A DNA stretch of 64,000 nucleotides from Candidatus Kaiserbacteria bacterium (GTDB taxonomy: Bacteria > Patescibacteriota > Minisyncoccia > Phycocordibacterales > SBAW01), in contig SICK01000002.1 in NCBI GenBank assembly GCA_009691465.1, positions 9,951-73,950 on the forward strand, read 5' to 3'. Each line of letters opens with the position of its first letter. The stretch's first letter is position 1. Under the pieces are notes generated by a model that had not been told where the DNA came from, made no database searches, and saw only the letters and a program-made list of their open reading frames with translations. Made by a program: the position numbers and the translations under genes. Positions 29,674-38,100 of the stretch are shown in pieces.

Positions 29674-30645
29674 TTACCGTATGGCTCGCTGCGAGGAGAC
29701 ATAAGCGAGCGATACAAACACCAATCCGATGAGCCCGGTGATTGCCTCCGGCACATGCACTACAATGCCCACCAACATCGAGAGTCCAAGTCCCAAAATA
29801 GCCCAGTGTGCACCGTGTTCTAGGTAGCGTAGCGTATCCAGGGTTTTTTTGCGGACCAAGTAGACAGTACATGCGCGGACAAAGTAAGTGCCGATGCCAA
29901 GACCCACAAAGATAATGGGAATAGCCGACGTAAGGGCGAAGGCGCCGACCACACCATCGAGCGAGAAGGCCGAGTCGAGAATATTGAGATATATAAACAA
30001 CACCGCGCCCCCGCCCACCACCGAGCCTGCTTTGATGTCGAGAGTTGAGGTGATGCCTTGCATCACCACGAAGGTCAAAAGGCCGATTGAGCCCGCGGCA
30101 AGCACTTGCGCCTGACTATCCGCAAAATACGAGAGCCCCAGCAGTACCGCCAATGCAATAGCAAGCTCTATGGCCTCTACCCTGCCCCAGCGCACGAGGT
30201 GGCGCTCTATCCACGCTATCCAGTGCACGCGCTTGCCGACATCGAAAAAATATTTGAGCGCAACCATAAGAAGGAAGATACCGCCGAAGGCGTTGATAGC
30301 GTGCGAGGCGCCGGCGAGGAGCGCCGCGTAAGCATCGGGGTTTTCAAACGCGAGCCGCGCGGCCGCCACGGGCGATATCCACGCGGCGAGGCCGACGATG
30401 ATGGCCGGCAAAATAAGCCGCGTGCCAAAGACGGCTATAAAAATCCCCCAGGTCAAAAAGCGCCGCTGCCAACGCTCGCTCATTTGCCCCAAGACCTTGG
30501 CGTTGACGACCGCGTTGTCGAAGGAGAGGGTGACTTCCAAAATAGAAAGTAGCGCCGCGAGCAGGAATGCCCCTACGCCACCCCAGTAGTACACCGCCCC
30601 GAGTGCAAGCAAAGAAACCAACACCGGCCCCACAAAAATCCGCAT
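29674..30645 (-). CDS. TerC/DUF475-family integral membrane protein
   Basis: Multi-TM with LSFDNAVVNA motif typical of DUF475/TerC; start trimmed to MRIFVGPV. Confidence 0.6.
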   Translation of the reverse strand: MRIFVGPVLVSLLALGAVYYWGGVGAFLLAALLSILEVTLSFDNAVVNAKVLGQMSERWQRRFLTWGIFIAVFGTRLILPAIIVGLAAWISPVAAARLAFENPDAYAALLAGASHAINAFGGIFLLMVALKYFFDVGKRVHWIAWIERHLVRWGRVEAIELAIALAVLLGLSYFADSQAQVLAAGSIGLLTFVVMQGITSTLDIKAGSVVGGGAVLFIYLNILDSAFSLDGVVGAFALTSAIPIIFVGLGIGTYFVRACTVYLVRKKTLDTLRYLEHGAHWAILGLGLSMLVGIVVHVPEAITGLIGLVFVSLAYVSSQRAIR

Positions 30646-30703
30646 GGCGTTATTGTAACAGAAATGAAAAAGGCTCCCCTTACGATTGGATGAGGGCTTG
30701 CGG

Positions 30704-31819
30704 TTAGCCTGTTTCGTACCGCAGGTACATGCCTGCAACGAACGCAAGCAGTGCCGAGAGGAGAAGCGTCAGAAGTGTCTCAGGGGCACCCCCGCCCGCT
30801 CCTGTGTTCGGAACGTTTGGAACGTCGATTGATACTCCCAATACTGCTCCTGTAACCTCCGGTGTTGGTGAGATGGAGGCGGGAGTTATAGATACAGGAA
30901 CGATTACGGCCGCGCCTCCTCCACCACTGCCGGTTGCGACGGGAGGTCCGTTGCCGCCGCCTCCCGGAGAAGGCGGCGCGACTGGAGCCGGCGTGCTAGT
31001 GGACGAAGAAGTAGCAACCGTTCCCGTAAGAGTGCCAACGGATGAGGTGGCGACCGTCCCTGTAAGCGAGCCCGAAACACTGGAGGCTGCACACGTTGCT
31101 TTGGTGATGTGCGTATTATTTAACGTAACGGCGCCGTTTCTTGCCAGAAGCCTCCCTACAACCGTTGAGCCCCCGTTATCGGTAATGGAGGAAAGGGCTA
31201 GTATACTCCCCTTAAAATCGGAACCCGTTCCGAGTGTCGCAGAACTACCAACCTGCCAAAAAACACGGCACGCCTGCGCGCCGTTTATCAGGGTCACATG
31301 GCTCGCCGATGCCGTTATGAGCGTAGAGGCCGCCTTGAAGATAAAGACTGCGTCGGGGTCGCCCTGTGCGTCGAGCGTGACTGTGCCGGTGATTCCAAAG
31401 GTACCGTCAGCCGAGTCATACACACCGGCAAGTTTGACGGTCCCGCCGAGCTCCGTGGACACTGTGGAGACCGGAGTTTGCCCGGCAGCGTTGTTGTAGG
31501 CCGTGGTGAGGTCGTTTTGTGCTGTAGTCAATAAGCCTGGGTTATTTCCTGCGACACCCGCGGGGCCGGTGGCATCTACTGCGTATATCGTGCCCATGAC
31601 TTCTCCTGTCGTTAATCCGGCATAACTACTACCGGCTGATGGGCTCAAACCCACATCACCATTGATCACGCTTGGGCCGGTATTCGTAACTGCCGACCCG
31701 GCCAGCACGACAAAACCATCGGCCGTGCCGAGGTTTACTGTAGTCGCAGCCATAGCCAACGGGGCCATGCCCAAAATAAAGGCAGCAGCTACTATAGCTA
31801 CTGATGAGGAAATTTTCAT
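30704..31819 (-). CDS. secreted DUF3494 (ice-binding-like) protein with C-terminal sorting-signal-like tail
   Basis: Signal peptide; TADGFVVLAGSAVTNTG...INGDVGLSP matches IBP/DUF3494 family; ends VPNTG-G-rich-APET + 18-aa hydrophobic helix + RYETG. Confidence 0.6.
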   Translation of the reverse strand: MKISSSVAIVAAAFILGMAPLAMAATTVNLGTADGFVVLAGSAVTNTGPSVINGDVGLSPSAGSSYAGLTTGEVMGTIYAVDATGPAGVAGNNPGLLTTAQNDLTTAYNNAAGQTPVSTVSTELGGTVKLAGVYDSADGTFGITGTVTLDAQGDPDAVFIFKAASTLITASASHVTLINGAQACRVFWQVGSSATLGTGSDFKGSILALSSITDNGGSTVVGRLLARNGAVTLNNTHITKATCAASSVSGSLTGTVATSSVGTLTGTVATSSSTSTPAPVAPPSPGGGGNGPPVATGSGGGGAAVIVPVSITPASISPTPEVTGAVLGVSIDVPNVPNTGAGGGAPETLLTLLLSALLAFVAGMYLRYETG

Positions 31820-31981
31820 AACTCGAACCTAATAGTGTAAAGCGGCGATAATGAAGTCACGGTGTGCTCCTCATGAGTAGGAGGCGGCCCCGATGAATTA
31901 AAATGAAGTTACGATGTGCCGAGCATCGGACGAAGTGAGAACCTCTCAATATGTTAACTCTTGAGCGATCGTACTCGGTTG

Positions 31982-32449
31982 CTATATTTCTTTAATGATT
32001 TTCCACTTCGCCATTCCCAACCCACTTGCATCGTCGCCCACCTGCTTTACATAATATTTTCCACCCTCAAAGAAGACACCGTACCAAGAGAAAGAATCCC
32101 AACTCACACATGCCAATCCTGGTTTTATAACAGTCGGCTCTTTTTCAAACACTGCTCCCGCATCAACCTTCTTTATCCACTCGTCGTTTAAATTTTGCTG
32201 ATTCAGTTCCTTGCAATCATTTCGTACTTGAATGTCCGCAGTTTTCACGCTGCCATTTGGTAAGTTGAGAGTTATTCTTGCGTTGTTGAAATTATCGTCT
32301 ACTTTTGATCCAATATCCCACCTCACGCTTGTGGTTTTCTGTGCAGGCTGTTTTTGCATCATGTAATACACGCCACCGCCAATGACCGCTACTCCGACCA
32401 CGATCATGAGTAATAACCCCAGCGACATGAAACCCCTTTGGTAATTCAT
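31982..32449 (-). CDS. hypothetical membrane-anchored protein (AT-rich gene)
   Basis: N-terminal TM then Asn/Lys-rich domain; markedly lower GC than genome. Confidence 0.45.
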   Translation of the reverse strand: MNYQRGFMSLGLLLMIVVGVAVIGGGVYYMMQKQPAQKTTSVRWDIGSKVDDNFNNARITLNLPNGSVKTADIQVRNDCKELNQQNLNDEWIKKVDAGAVFEKEPTVIKPGLACVSWDSFSWYGVFFEGGKYYVKQVGDDASGLGMAKWKIIKEI

Positions 32450-32644
32450 AGCGGCATAGTACCACCTTTTTTGGTTAGAACCGCCTCTTAGACGCTAGAA
32501 AAACGTTACTGTTAAATGCCTTTTTGGGTTAGGTGGTTCTAATACGTCTCATCCTGGGTTTGCGTAGATCTGCGATGTTAGAACCGCTGAAAATACCGCT
32601 CCCTGCGGCTAGAATCTAGAAAAACACAATTAAATCTTCTTCGG

Positions 32645-32728
32645 TGCCCGGGAGAGGACTCGAACCTCCACGCCCGTAAGGGCTTATCCACCTCAAGGAT
32701 AAATGTCTACCAGTTTCAACACCCGGGC
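32645..32728 (-). tRNA. tRNA-Leu (anticodon GAG), long variable arm
   Basis: Hand-parsed: acceptor GCCCGGG, anticodon loop TTGAGGT, variable arm CCCTTACGGGCG, T-loop GTTCGAGTC. Confidence 0.85.
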
Positions 32729-32733
32729 ATGGG

Positions 32734-33438
32734 TTATAACTGCTCGCCTACTATACTAAGCATTTTTTGTATTTTCAACCGCTTACGCGGCAAGTGCATA
32801 CTGTTCTTTCTGTAGTACATTCTTCGCAACAAAATAAGCGATTCTTTTTTTGCGTACTTGAGCTGATATATCGTGCGCGCTTTCCCCTTCCCAGTAACAT
32901 GGCCTTCTATACCTGCCTGTCTGCGGATCTCATCGCGCAACCAGACAATATGAACTTTGCTGGCTGACCCAAAAACCGTGTAAAACATATAACTAGAGCG
33001 CCAGCGCGGATCCCAATAGGAATAGGTGCATCCGTCCCCATCAAGATGCCCGCGCAAAAAGTCAAAAAAGTATGTATCCGGAATCTTTAGGCTTCCAATG
33101 ACCTTGCTTTTATTTGGCATGAGCCCAATCTCTAAAAGAAAGTTGTAGAGGGTGACATTGCCGAATTGAATTCTTGGGCACAGATTTCCGTCATAGCCAG
33201 AACGGGTATAACCTATGGCGGATTTTAAATTAAAAGCTTTTTTAGCATTCTCCAGCTGCACTATATCTTTTGAGACCAGCGTGATATGCCGACCATCACC
33301 GGAAAGGCAGCCATCGGTGACTAAAAGGCCAATCCCATACGCAAGCTCCGCTGACCACACAGGCGGAGGTTTTGGTTTTGGTCCCCTCTTCCCCATCTTA
33401 ATTAGTATACCAAACCTCAAGTATATAGCGTCTACCAA
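32734..33438 (-). CDS. LAGLIDADG homing endonuclease (two-motif)
   Basis: LAYGIGLLVTDGC and FLRGHLDGDG motifs; AT-rich; stop codon 5 nt from tRNA-Leu 5' end; true start may be MGKRGPK (33396). Confidence 0.75.
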   Translation of the reverse strand: MVDAIYLRFGILIKMGKRGPKPKPPPVWSAELAYGIGLLVTDGCLSGDGRHITLVSKDIVQLENAKKAFNLKSAIGYTRSGYDGNLCPRIQFGNVTLYNFLLEIGLMPNKSKVIGSLKIPDTYFFDFLRGHLDGDGCTYSYWDPRWRSSYMFYTVFGSASKVHIVWLRDEIRRQAGIEGHVTGKGKARTIYQLKYAKKESLILLRRMYYRKNSMHLPRKRLKIQKMLSIVGEQL

Positions 33439-33490
33439 TTATCCACAAAAAGAAAACCGGAGTTTTGCTCCGGCCTCTTTTCTTTTTAAA

Positions 33491-33970
33491 TTACTCCGTT
33501 GCGGCAACCTCGGCAACAACCGGCTCTACCGGAGCAGGAGCTTGGTTGGTGTCGGTCTTGCGACCACGCTGGTCGACCGAAAGGCTGCGGCGCATGGCGC
33601 GTTTGACCTCACTGGCGGCCTTGCGGCGGATAAAGTAGAGCTTGGCGCGGCGGGTGCGGGTGCGGCGCAAGACCTCGACTTCGTCTATCATCGGCGAGTA
33701 CAGGGGAAAGATCTTTTCTACCCCGACACCCGAGGACACCTTGCGGACCGTAAACATCGCGCCCGGCTCGGTGCCGTGTTTGACCGCGAGTATGGTGCCT
33801 TCAAACGCCTGTTTGCGGATGTTTTTGGTGGTGAGCTCTTTCTTGTTGGCTTGTTTCGCCTTTTTAAGCTCGACGATGTTCTGCCAGACGCGCACGACAT
33901 CGCCCGCACGCAGGCCCAAGGCTGCGCGCGCTTGCATGTTGACCGGAGAGGTGATGACGGACGATTTCAT
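33491..33970 (-). CDS. rplS: 50S ribosomal protein L19 (with C-terminal extension)
   Basis: L19 core pattern (GDVVRVWQNIVE...FEGTILAVKH...FTVRKVSSGVGVEKIFPLYSP). Confidence 0.85.
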   Translation of the reverse strand: MKSSVITSPVNMQARAALGLRAGDVVRVWQNIVELKKAKQANKKELTTKNIRKQAFEGTILAVKHGTEPGAMFTVRKVSSGVGVEKIFPLYSPMIDEVEVLRRTRTRRAKLYFIRRKAASEVKRAMRRSLSVDQRGRKTDTNQAPAPVEPVVAEVAATE

Positions 33971-33993
33971 GACTTACGGAATGTAGCACAGGG

Positions 33994-34683
33994 CTACGCT
34001 TTTCGCAATTCTGCCTCGGCCGCGACGAAGTCCGGCGGCAGGGGGGCCAGAAAGGTCATCTCACGCCCGGAGGGGTGCGCAATAGTAATAGAGTACGCGT
34101 GGAGCGCGAGGCGCTTGAATCCGAACATAGGAGGCCGTTGGGGTGCGTAAAGTTGGTCGCACACAATCGGGTGCTGTATCGCGGCGCAGTGCACGCGGAT
34201 CTGGTGGGTGCGCCCGGTCTTGGGGAACGCTTCTATATATGCGGCACCCTGCCCGCTTGCACTCTGCTCGGTCGAAGTATTGCTCAAGCGCTTCCAGGTG
34301 GTCGAGGCCGCGCGCTGTACTCCGTGGGGGCGCGTGGCCGAGCGGGGCCCGCGCCCGCCGCGCGCAGAGCCGATGGGCCGCTCTATCACTCCCCTTTCTT
34401 CTTTGAGCGCGCCGTACACGAACGCGCGGTATATCTTTTTTATTTCCCGGTTCTGGAATTGCTCTTTTAAAAACGCGTGCGCCTCTGCTGTTTTGGCCAC
34501 TACCAACACACCCGAGGTCTCGCGGTCGATGCGGTGTACAAAATGATGTTCCTGATATTTTTTATCCAACCAATGCGAAAGGGCCGGGTAGTCGTGCTTG
34601 CCGTCCGGGTAGACGATCATCCCGGAGGGTTTGTTGACGACCACCAGCATATCGTCTTCAAATAAAATGGTGGGCTCTTCCAT
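33994..34683 (-). CDS. RluA-family pseudouridine synthase
   Basis: Catalytic HRIDRETSGVLV motif. Confidence 0.8.
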   Translation of the reverse strand: MEEPTILFEDDMLVVVNKPSGMIVYPDGKHDYPALSHWLDKKYQEHHFVHRIDRETSGVLVVAKTAEAHAFLKEQFQNREIKKIYRAFVYGALKEERGVIERPIGSARGGRGPRSATRPHGVQRAASTTWKRLSNTSTEQSASGQGAAYIEAFPKTGRTHQIRVHCAAIQHPIVCDQLYAPQRPPMFGFKRLALHAYSITIAHPSGREMTFLAPLPPDFVAAEAELRKA

Positions 34684-34684
34684 G

Positions 34685-34757
34685 TGGGCGCTGCAGGACT
34701 CGAACCTGCGACCATCCCGGTGTAAACGGGGTGCTCTACCAACTGAGCTAAGCGCCC
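34685..34757 (-). tRNA. tRNA-Val (anticodon TAC)
   Basis: Hand-parsed cloverleaf; anticodon loop TTTACAC. Confidence 0.85.
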
Positions 34758-34758
34758 G

Positions 34759-34830
34759 TGCCCTCGGTAGGAATCGAACCTACATTCGCGGCTTAGAAGT
34801 CCGCTGTTCTATCCATTGAACTACAAGGGC
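34759..34830 (-). tRNA. tRNA-Arg (anticodon TCT)
   Basis: Hand-parsed cloverleaf; anticodon loop CTTCTAA; 1 nt from tRNA-Val. Confidence 0.8.
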
Positions 34831-34841
34831 GAATGCCCTAT

Positions 34842-35456
34842 TCAAAACCAGGGCAGCAGGTGCCAGTGCACCATAGCATATATGATACCAAGTATCACCA
34901 GCGCCACGCCGAACCACGCCAGGTATTGCTTGATGATATCGAGCGCGTGCCGTCCGTAGCGGATAGACAGGTAGACCACCAACCCCATGCGCAAGGCCCG
35001 GCCGAGCGTGTACCCGGCGATAAACGGCACAAACGGCGCGCCCAAAAACCCGCCCGCATAAATAAACACCTTGTCGGGGATCGGGGTAAACGACGCGATT
35101 GCCATGCCGACAAACGCCCCGTTTTGGATGAATACTTGTGCTCGTGCAAAAGCATCCTGCAGTCCGTACAGCGCCAACAGCGGCTCTCCAAATTGTTGAA
35201 AAAGAAATCCACCGACATAGTAGCCGACCGCCGCCCCTAGGACCGAAAACACTATCGCCACCGGCAGGTACTGGCGCCAGCGTGCGGGCTGGGCCAGGGC
35301 AAAAGCGACCAAGTATATCTCGGGTGCTAGGGGGAAGAAGAGTGCATCGGCAAACGCCAGGCCGCCCAGCCACGCGAGCGCGTGCGGCTTGTGCGTGTGC
35401 TCGACAAACCACGCCCACGACCGCATATGCCACTCGTGTATCAAGTGCCAGCTCAT
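34842..35456 (-). CDS. DedA/YqaA-family membrane protein
   Basis: Multi-TM with conserved G-rich motif (FTPIPDKVFIYAGG); start trimmed to MSWHLIHEW. Confidence 0.6.
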   Translation of the reverse strand: MSWHLIHEWHMRSWAWFVEHTHKPHALAWLGGLAFADALFFPLAPEIYLVAFALAQPARWRQYLPVAIVFSVLGAAVGYYVGGFLFQQFGEPLLALYGLQDAFARAQVFIQNGAFVGMAIASFTPIPDKVFIYAGGFLGAPFVPFIAGYTLGRALRMGLVVYLSIRYGRHALDIIKQYLAWFGVALVILGIIYAMVHWHLLPWF

Positions 35457-35457
35457 A

Positions 35458-35784
35458 TTATTTGACGCGCTCGCCGGGAGCGCCCGTGGTTTCAAACAAA
35501 GCAAAAGGAGTATCCCCGCCGCCCACGGCAAGCAGCATCGCCTGGCTCTCGAGCCCCATCATGGTGCGGGGTGCAAGATTGGTGACAAAGGGGTAGCGCT
35601 TCCCCACCAATGCTTGCGGGTCAGGAAAATATTTTGCGATGCCGGAGAGCACTTGGCGCTCCTCGGTTCCAAAATTAACACGCAGCTTAAGCAGCTTGTC
35701 GCTGCCCTCTATCGGTTCGGCTGACAACACTTCACCGATCTGTATCTCGACTTTTTTAAAATCATCTAACGATATTGGTTCCAT
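35458..35784 (-). CDS. tRNA-binding (EMAP/Myf-like, CsaA-type) domain protein
   Basis: Pattern FKKVEIQIGEVLSAEPIEGSDKLLKLRVNFG...GIAKYF typical of tRNA-binding OB domain. Confidence 0.65.
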   Translation of the reverse strand: MEPISLDDFKKVEIQIGEVLSAEPIEGSDKLLKLRVNFGTEERQVLSGIAKYFPDPQALVGKRYPFVTNLAPRTMMGLESQAMLLAVGGGDTPFALFETTGAPGERVK

Positions 35785-35785
35785 A

Positions 35786-36199
35786 TTATTTTTTTATAGT
35801 ATCAAGAAAACTTTGTAATATCAGCGCCGCCGCCGATGCGTCGAGGTCGGTGTGGATGGGATTCTGTTTGCGGGAGCCCTCAGTGGGGGTAAACTGCCGC
35901 GCGGCAGCCGCACTGCTAAACAGCTCGTTTTGGTAGTGCACCGGCAGTTGTGTCAGTTCGGCTATGTCTTTTTTAAACTGCTCTATGTCCTCCATCACGG
36001 GGTTGCGCTCTCCGGCAAAGTTGCGCGACTCGCCCAACACTATCTCCCCTACCCCCTGCGCTTTTACTATATCGACGACCTCCTGCAAGGCGTGCGGTCC
36101 GGCTTTGACGACCCCGTGCGGAAACGCGACCGAGCCCGTCTCGTCCGAAACGGCAACGCCGATATGTTTTGTCCCGTAATCTATCCCCAAGTACCGCAT
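35786..36199 (-). CDS. ruvX: Holliday-junction resolvase-like / pre-16S rRNA nuclease YqgF (RuvX)
   Basis: MRYLGIDYGTKHIGVAVSD N-terminus; start trimmed from the long 249-aa ORF. Confidence 0.8.
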   Translation of the reverse strand: MRYLGIDYGTKHIGVAVSDETGSVAFPHGVVKAGPHALQEVVDIVKAQGVGEIVLGESRNFAGERNPVMEDIEQFKKDIAELTQLPVHYQNELFSSAAAARQFTPTEGSRKQNPIHTDLDASAAALILQSFLDTIKK

Positions 36200-36221
36200 T
36201 GGTGTAGCATAACAAATATAC

Positions 36222-36306
36222 GGAGGGGTGGCAGAGTGGTCTAACGCACCGCACTTGAAATGCGGCGTGCCGCAAGGCACCGTGAGTTCGAATCTCACCC
36301 CCTCCG
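36222..36306 (+). tRNA. tRNA-Ser (anticodon TGA), long variable arm
   Basis: Hand-parsed: acceptor GGAGGGG/CCCCTCC, anticodon loop CTTGAAA, variable arm CGTGCCGCAAGGCACC. Confidence 0.85.
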
Positions 36307-36331
36307 CAGATTGTAGCGGTATAATACCTCC

Positions 36332-36796
36332 ATGGCAGAAGACTCCGGCATTTCGTGGAGCGTGGACACACACGAGCATCATGACCACAGCACCGACTGG
36401 TACTGGGGGCTGGGGCTCATCGCCCTTGCAGGCGCGGGGCTTGCGCTGTTTTTCGGCAACGCGCTCTTTGCGGTTATCATCGCCATGAGCGCCGGCTCTA
36501 TCGGTGTCTTGGCTATACGCGGCCCCCGCGAGCACACCGTGCGCTTAAGCGAGCGCGGCGTATCACTCGACGGCACGGTCTACCGGTGGGACGGGATAGA
36601 CTCTTTTTGGATAGAGGACGGCGGAGAGCCGCGCCTACTGATCTCGACCAAGGGCCTGCTCCATCCGCAGCTGGTTATCCCTCTGGGAGACAAAACGCGC
36701 GCCATGAGCGTACGCAACTACCTGCGCCGCCATGCAGCAGAGGAAGAACAGCATGCCCACTTGGGCGAGCATCTCGCGGAGATGTTCGGACTTTAA
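36332..36796 (+). CDS. hypothetical membrane protein
   Basis: His/Asp-rich N-terminus, two TM helices, soluble C-terminal domain. Confidence 0.5.
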   Translation: MAEDSGISWSVDTHEHHDHSTDWYWGLGLIALAGAGLALFFGNALFAVIIAMSAGSIGVLAIRGPREHTVRLSERGVSLDGTVYRWDGIDSFWIEDGGEPRLLISTKGLLHPQLVIPLGDKTRAMSVRNYLRRHAAEEEQHAHLGEHLAEMFGL

Positions 36797-36829
36797 ATAA
36801 ACAGCAAAGCAGTTTGCTTTTTCAACCTA

Positions 36830-36923
36830 GTGCAGGATACTTGAATTAGTGCGAACCAGCTTCCGTGCCGCCGAAGGCGGCGCAAACCCCCCGCAGAAAA
36901 TGCAGGCGGCGAAGCCGCACCGC
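36830..36923. repeat. IR-L: left copy of a 94-bp PERFECT inverted repeat
   Basis: gtgcaggatacttgaattagtgcgaaccagcttccgtgccgccgaaggcggcgcaaaccccccgcagaaaatgcaggcggcgaagccgcaccgc; its exact reverse complement is at 37878-37971; contains GAA-loop hairpins. Confidence 0.9.
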
Positions 36924-36992
36924 TGACAATATCAAATTTTTCTTTGGCGGACTAGGTTAGAGCGCGCAAAGCGCGCACAACTGCTCTTTGAT

Positions 36993-37769
36993 TTATTGGG
37001 TTATCGTCAATGTCCCCGATGCTGGAGACGCATATGGTACTGCGGCAACTACATGATATGTACCGGACGTAAGGCCATTCGGAAAAATATCTGTATGCAA
37101 CAGGGACGATTTAGAGATTTTGACGGACCAACGACCATTCACAACAGACACATGCTCATCGTTGAAGAGAACAGTTGGTTTTGGCGGAGCATAATCAATG
37201 CTGATCAAAATCTCTCTAACGCCTGAAGCTGTACCGGTAATGGTGGGTTCAGCGGAAGAACTGGTGAGTGAACCAGCATCAATGCTTATGGATGGCTGGG
37301 CAACTATTGTAAGCGTCCCTGAAGCGAGAACTTTGGTTCCACTAGCGTCTGATACGCTCACTCCGTAAGTCCCAGCAGAAAGTGCAGAAAAGCCAGGGAA
37401 GTCGGCGTAATCAACGGGATATGACCAACGGCCATTTACCACTTTTACCAAAGTACTGGGATGGCGATTATCTGGGTTAATGGCAATTATCTTTCCCGTC
37501 TGATCAGTCATCGTCAGAGCTACACTAACTTGACCTGTATTCGCGGCCGTCCCAGTAATTATGGGCTGTACGGTTGAAGAATTGAGAGAAGCCGAGTCAA
37601 TTGTTGCGGATGGCGCACTAGATGGCTGTGTCGCTTGTTGCTGAATTTCTGTGGTTGAAGAAGTCGCAGGCACACTTGGTTTCTGCGACATAGCCCACCA
37701 CGCGACTGCCCCGCCAATAATGACGACAAGTCCAACTATGAGCCACACATTTGCAAATCCTCGATTCAT
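36993..37769 (-). CDS. secreted tandem beta-sandwich (Ig-like) repeat protein, enclosed by the 94-bp IRs
   Basis: N-terminal TM/signal; two internally repeated approximately 90-aa Thr/Ser-rich modules; lower GC. Confidence 0.55.
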   Translation of the reverse strand: MNRGFANVWLIVGLVVIIGGAVAWWAMSQKPSVPATSSTTEIQQQATQPSSAPSATIDSASLNSSTVQPIITGTAANTGQVSVALTMTDQTGKIIAINPDNRHPSTLVKVVNGRWSYPVDYADFPGFSALSAGTYGVSVSDASGTKVLASGTLTIVAQPSISIDAGSLTSSSAEPTITGTASGVREILISIDYAPPKPTVLFNDEHVSVVNGRWSVKISKSSLLHTDIFPNGLTSGTYHVVAAVPYASPASGTLTITQ

Positions 37770-37877
37770 AAAATTAGTAATGAGTTAATAAATAAATTGT
37801 ATGCCTAAAATTTTCTTTTTCCCGAATTCAAATATGGTTCGTGCCGATGTTTTTCCGGGCTCCTTGGCGGTTTTCGA

Positions 37878-37971
37878 GCGGTGCGGCTTCGCCGCCTGCA
37901 TTTTCTGCGGGGGGTTTGCGCCGCCTTCGGCGGCACGGAAGCTGGTTCGCACTAATTCAAGTATCCTGCAC
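37878..37971. repeat. IR-R: right copy of the 94-bp perfect inverted repeat
   Basis: Exact reverse complement of 36830-36923 (verified base by base); identity stops at both ends. Confidence 0.9.
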
Positions 37972-38050
37972 CAAGTAGGAAATTGCAAGGAAGAGCTCGC
38001 CGCCGCGCACTGCGTTTTGGGGCTGAATTCAAATTGGCGATTTCGCATTC
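37972..38050 (-). pseudogene. diverged inverted copy of the serine-recombinase 3' end plus tRNA-Arg acceptor end (attachment-site-like remnant)
   Basis: Reverse complement aligns with 39470-39570 (gcgaaatcgccaatttgaattc..., gcggcggcgagctc..ccttgcaatttcctayttggtgc) with a 19-nt gap; encodes RNRQFEFSPKTQCAAASSSLQFPTWC vs recombinase C-terminus RNRQFEFEAKPQYARAAAPCAAASSTLQFPIWC; diverges exactly after ttggtgc. Confidence 0.6.
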
Positions 38051-38100
38051 GGGAAAAAGAAAACTTTTTGGCATTCCATTAAAAATAACTACTACGAAAT

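Noticed and set aside
33215-34150. 311-aa ORF on plus strand
   Set aside because: Antisense across LAGLIDADG, rplS and the rluA-family gene.
36830-37971. IR-bounded segment as an insertion sequence or MITE
   Set aside because: No transposase ORF inside or nearby and no target-site duplication. The enclosed gene is a secreted structural protein. Linkage to the serine recombinase and the att-like remnant fits site-specific recombination better.
37785-38048. 87-aa minus-strand ORF as a real gene
   Set aside because: Its N-terminal third is the diverged recombinase C-terminus and the rest reads through IR-R. It is better explained as a recombination remnant (pseudogene).
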